From positions 1 through 22,354 of the forward strand of contig CBCSLL010001906.1 of the NCBI GenBank assembly GCA_965140935.1: 22,354 nt of DNA. Direction: 5' to 3'. Source of the stretch: Rotaria magnacalcarata. Lineage: Eukaryota. A program made the translations under genes and the position numbers. Below the pieces are notes generated by a model. The model worked only from the letters and a program-made list of their open reading frames with translations, was not told where the DNA came from and did no database searches. Positions 18,140 through 22,354 of the stretch are shown here, in pieces. Within the stretch, counting starts at the first letter, position 1; the number at the start of each line of letters is the position of its first letter.

Positions 18140-19438
18140 TTTCAGAACAATGCTACCAACAAGTCAGGATTAAACTAAGAGTTTATCACCACTTGACTTG
18201 ACTTGGAAGCGAAGTTGACCGAAATCGACAATTACGAATACATATCTTTAATACTGATGAAGATCACAAAAGCAACTCAACAGTCTGAACTGTGATACAA
18301 TCCTAAAAACGTCAAAACCGACACCGATTTCAATGCGTATAAAAAAATTGAAATTGTATTCTTAACTTTCTGACGGAGGAAACAGTGAACCTTTTCTAAT
18401 ATAACCTATTTTAGATGAAATTCTCATTAATTTTAGAACATGTTTTCTCGTATTATTATGGAAATAATACTCCTGAAATCTTTAATGAGGGATGATATTG
18501 TTTGATGTCCTTCACATAGAATATTAACTGTTTAGTAGCCTAGTAGGAAGAGAAATGAATTAAATCCCTGTGGTTAATTTTTATTAAAACAAGACGACAA
18601 CAACAATGTTTATTTTCATTTAGATTACGTTCAATGTTGATATTTGTTAAAGTCACACGTTAACCACTAATCTATTCGTTTACAGCTCATTTAAAAAGAA
18701 TAAAATGTTCAATTGTCATTGTCCTCTACGAATATGTTGATAAACTTGGATAGAGTTTTTGCAGCAATGCATTTTATTAAAGCTACCTTAGGAATTATAC
18801 TACGACGATTCGAATCGCGCTTCGTACTGAACTATGGTAAACTATTGCATACGAAGTCTAAGCGTTTTATCAAGCATATGATTATGTTTACATACGAGAA
18901 TAATTGATGTCGTAAATTTTTCTTCGAGGTAGAGATTTTTAAACGCTTATTTGAATTGTTCTCATATATACCAGATTGTTCACATAATCGAGCTCAGATT
19001 AAAGATAGCAAGTCATTATTATTGTTTTTTCAATCACCGAGTTTCTAATTTTCTATTGATAAGTTGCATGGTGAACTAAGCATATTACTAATCTATACTG
19101 CTTTCGATTCATAATGAAGGACGTCAATGGGAAAAGATTATCATTATTCTATTCTTCAATGTCATGGTGTTTTATTTATTACAAACACATACAATTTTCA
19201 ATTGTAGTTGAATGAAAAATTTAGGATGAGGCAATCATTAAGAGAAATGAATTCTTAGGTATAAAAATCTGATACTCTTATTTGTTTTGACATCAAAAAT
19301 CAAGATACCCATGTCCATTTAAATTAATTTTTCATTGCTGCGATAGAGGAAAGATTTCTCTATCCGCTTAGGTTTGACCAAAAGTGCTGCAATTAAAAAA
19401 ACAAATTAAAGAAAAAGAGAAAGTTCGAGTATATATAT

Positions 19439-19912
19439 CAAGTTGAATTCTTTCTAACAATTTGTTGAGAGTTTTTTAGCTCTTCTTCGAAAAAACTTTC
19501 AGGTACCTTGGATGCCACATGAACTAATCATATTTCATTTATTCAATTAGTTAAAATACGTTCACTGGAATTGGTTAGCCAAAAATGACATAGTATCAGG
19601 CCTGGCGAATATGACGGATAAAACACTAAACAAAGTTTTCGTTAAAATCTGTCTTTATGAACAATAGTCGTTGGCGATTCATCTTCAATAAGCCAGCTAG
19701 CATCAGATGACACATGATTAGCCTATCTAAAATAAATCCATATCCCATCGCTAGTAGTGCTAGAACGCAACTGCCATGATCAAACGAAATTTCACTAAAT
19801 TTTTAAACCAATGAAATATGATTGGTCCATGTGGTATCCAAGGTGCCTAAAAGTTTTTTCGAAGAAGAGCTCAAACAACCGTTTAGCAAATTGTTAGAAA
19901 GGATTCAACTTG
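19439..19912. mobile_element. MITE-like element of 474 bp with ~100-bp terminal inverted repeats at ~88% identity (CAAGTTGAATTCTTTCTAACAATTTG... / ...CAAATTGTTAGAAAGGATTCAACTTG). It has no coding capacity and is flanked on both sides by (TA)n, so a TA target-site duplication is plausible, consistent with a Tc1/mariner-derived origin.
   Basis: The reverse complement of 19811-19912 aligns with 19439-19540 at ~88 of 101 positions. The termini are exact (CAAGTTGAAT). The flanks read TATATATAT|CAAG and CTTG|ATATATAT. Confidence 0.55.
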
Positions 19913-19946
19913 ATATATATGTTGAAGGGAAAATTAAAATTTTAAT

Positions 19947-20114
19947 CTCTCCTAGAGAAATTTGAAATCTTCCTCTTTCCTCTATATTTCCTATGAAGAA
20001 GCGAGCATTCTAACTTCACCTAGAGGAGATTACAATTTTTCTCTTTCCTGTGAATTTTATACGAAGAAGCGAGCGTTTTAATTTTCTCTATAGGGGAATT
20101 TTAAATTCTCCTAG
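19947..20114. repeat. Tandem repeat of a 67-bp unit, 2.5 copies at ~75% identity between copies: CTCTCCTAGAGAAATTTGAAATCTTCCTCTTTCCTCTATATTTCCTATGAAGAAGCGAGCATTCTAA / CTTCACCTAGAGGAGATTACAATTTTTCTCTTTCCTGTGAATTTTATACGAAGAAGCGAGCGTTTTAA / partial.
   Basis: Direct reading. The partial third copy ends in GGGGAATTTTAAATTCTCCTAG, which is also the left arm of an inverted repeat. Confidence 0.55.
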
Positions 20115-20418
20115 CAAACGATAAATGTATAATCTTTTACATGTTTGTTGTATTTCCTTGAAAACTATTGTATTATCTATCAAAATAATATAAAACACTT
20201 TCAACAATGTATAGTTTACATAAAAAACATTAGAAACAACTTAAAGACAACTGCAAAAATTATTCGATATTTTCACAGGCATGTTTTTTTTTTTGGTGAT
20301 TTTTCTCTCCATTTCAGTCAGTAGAGAGCGCGCGGTCACGTCGCTATTTAATTTTAATTTGGTAAGATACAGAAGAAGATTATACATTTATTGCTTACTA
20401 GGAGAATTTAAAATTCCC
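20094..20418. repeat. Perfect 21-bp inverted repeat (GGGAATTTTAAATTCTCCTAG ... CTAGGAGAATTTAAAATTCCC) bracketing 283 bp; possibly a second small MITE. The interior contains a T11 run and a GC-rich core (GAGAGCGCGCGGTCACGTCGC).
   Basis: The reverse complement of 20398-20418 equals 20094-20114 exactly. Confidence 0.4.
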
Positions 20419-22354
20419 TTCCAACATATAAAATCATGGCAACTATCATCAACATTAATAAAATAAAACTTTCTCTTTCTCTTTATTTGTTTTTTTTAAA
20501 TTGCAGAACTTTTGGTCAGACCTAAGTATGTGTAGGGCCTCTTGATCATGGAATTTGTTTTTATGTGTTGACTTGAAATAGGTAACATGAGGAGGTATAT
20601 ATACAAATGGAGTCACATCTTTCAGTATTAGCAGAAAGTAACCAAATATTATTTAAGTAGATTCTAGATTCCGTTCTGTAAATATCTGAATGTGAGTTAC
20701 CAAGTATTTTGCTAATATTACATTTTAGATCCCATTAACAAATAATTTGATATAAATTCTGTATCTAGAGATGGTAATTTTTACTTTTAAAGTTAAGGCT
20801 ATACTACCACTTCTATCCGAATATTGAGTGAGCAGATGAAATTAAAGACATGATGAATAGTGAGCAAGAAAAGCTCGGTTTGGAATCTCTTATCGGGAAT
20901 TCTTCTGTTTCTAATTACAATCTTTCTTGGATTAAGTTGAACCTGAAATCAAGTACATTATGAGTGGAAGAGCAGGGTGTTATCGCTAAACAGATTTATA
21001 CATACAAATGACCAGCCATGAATGGCGCCTCGGACTAGTATCGACGAGCGCTTTAGGTTGAGGTGACCAACAAGAAAACTTGCTGTGATGTAGATCTATT
21101 GAAAGTTCAGAAAGTGAACAGAACTCTGGAAAAACCAACAAAGATTATTGAGCAAACTCTGCGATCAGTTATTCTACAATCGTAGCAATATCACTTAGAA
21201 TTTAGATTCGACCAAATTAAAAGTAGATTTACATGAAATAAAATTTGCTTTTCTCTCGGTATGTGACTTTACCGGTTCACAATTGTAAACCGGTAGAAGT
21301 ATTTGGCTATATTCAGCTAAACTATCTAATTCCATGGTCATTTTACGTGGGAATGTAATTCATAGCTAAGGAGCGAATCGGAAGCCTCAGCATCTTTTAT
21401 TGGGTACTTCGAATTGATTATAGACTTGGAATGAGATTTATTAGCATTAGAATTGAATATTCAATAATTCCAGTCGTAGTAATATCTGATCTCAAAAATA
21501 ACCATATTGTTAATATGTAATGGAACGGAGTATACTATCAGAAATGCATCCAAGAACTTTAAATAGCAAAACGATTTTGTGATTTCTATCAATTTTGTAT
21601 GAAAATTAGAAAAAAACCCTTCATTGTCGATAATGACACGAGGGTTAAGATCATATCACTCAATTTGTTAACTAATATGATTTGTGGAGTTTAAGTTTAG
21701 ACGAACAGGATGTTTTCGTAACCACGTTTCTTAGAGAAAAGGTGTTTGAATTTGATATTTGACAACGATCGACACAAAATACCCTTTTTTATACATATTT
21801 GGACAATACTCAGTTTGTTGTTAGTTACTCATCGGAAATCTTTTAATTATAAATGAGTTACGTTTGTGAAATAGTCGAAAAATGAATCGATTGCATTGAT
21901 TGTAGTCTACGAGAATTTTATTGATGAAGTATTACAAAAAAAAACACGGGTCTACTAGAAAAATTCTGCGATTATTAATCTAACATTTATATTTGAATTA
22001 ATGGCGTCAATCTGCTAGTTTTTTTTAACGGAGAGATGTATTCGAATTGAATCAAGTAAGTGTTAGGTTTCTTTATCTATTTAAACATACACACTTGCAT
22101 GCATATATTTGCATCAGAGAACGAGAACGAACCGTACCAACTTAAACAAAATGTAGATAAACCGAACGGAGCTCGAATTAGAAAAACACAGTTCGATTTT
22201 TATGTGTAATCTATGAGTGCGTGTAGGCTAGTTTGAGTTTTAGGTTCACAGCTCTCATGGGTGACTGTTTTTCTTCGTTTTATATCGAGCTTATTGAAAT
22301 TTTTTCTGGACGTTGTTCATGCTTCATTATTTGGGATTGCTTGGGGATACTTGC

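Noticed and set aside
17051-18907. ORFs 17051..17320 (-), 17690..17881 (+) and 18713..18907 (+).
   Set aside because: They are short and isolated, with no recognisable family motifs or coherent exon-intron continuation. They are treated as intergenic noise.
21240-21300. Hairpin TTTACCGGTT-CACAATTGTA-AACCGGTAGA.
   Set aside because: It is a short 8-9 bp stem made from two palindromic hexamers (ACCGGT, CAATTG). There is no flanking context suggesting a structured RNA or a TIR.

Overview
This is an AT-rich eukaryotic nuclear locus of roughly one-third GC. Its genes are interrupted by short GT-AG introns of 50-70 nt with ttttag-type acceptors and use TAA/TAG stops; it is not prokaryotic. I found four protein-coding genes. 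(1) 647-1642 (+) is an intronless 331-aa protein with one N-terminal transmembrane helix followed by pentapeptide repeats. (2) 5580-8650 (+) is a major vault protein (MVP) gene with 8 exons encoding 880 aa. (3) 10444-13790 (-) is a second, diverged MVP paralog with 14 exons encoding 839 aa, lying tail-to-tail with the first. (4) 14964-16645 (-) is an SLC35/TPT-family nucleotide-sugar-transporter-like gene with 5 exons encoding 350 aa. The two MVP genes converge on a 1.8-kb spacer that carries a 675-bp non-autonomous hAT-like MITE. It has a perfect 15-bp TIR (CAGAGATGCCAGATG), a perfect 8-bp target-site duplication (CTCTAGAA) and subterminal ATCCGGAAAA repeats. The most striking signal is a 169-bp block that is ~96% identical between the two MVP paralogs, which are otherwise ~75% identical in exons and unalignable in introns. 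The block comprises an exon end, a 62-nt intron and the next exon start. It has sharp boundaries and implies inter-paralog gene conversion across the inverted pair, or a conserved intronic element. Only 3 intron positions are shared between the paralogs, and MVP1 carries a probable GC-AG intron. The window also holds a GAATCA-based satellite (231-407), a Tc1/mariner-like MITE with ~100-bp TIRs (19439-19912), an adjacent 67-bp tandem and inverted-repeat cluster (19947-20418), and several simple repeats. All calls rest on reading the sequence and on recognising conserved protein families; no database searches were run.
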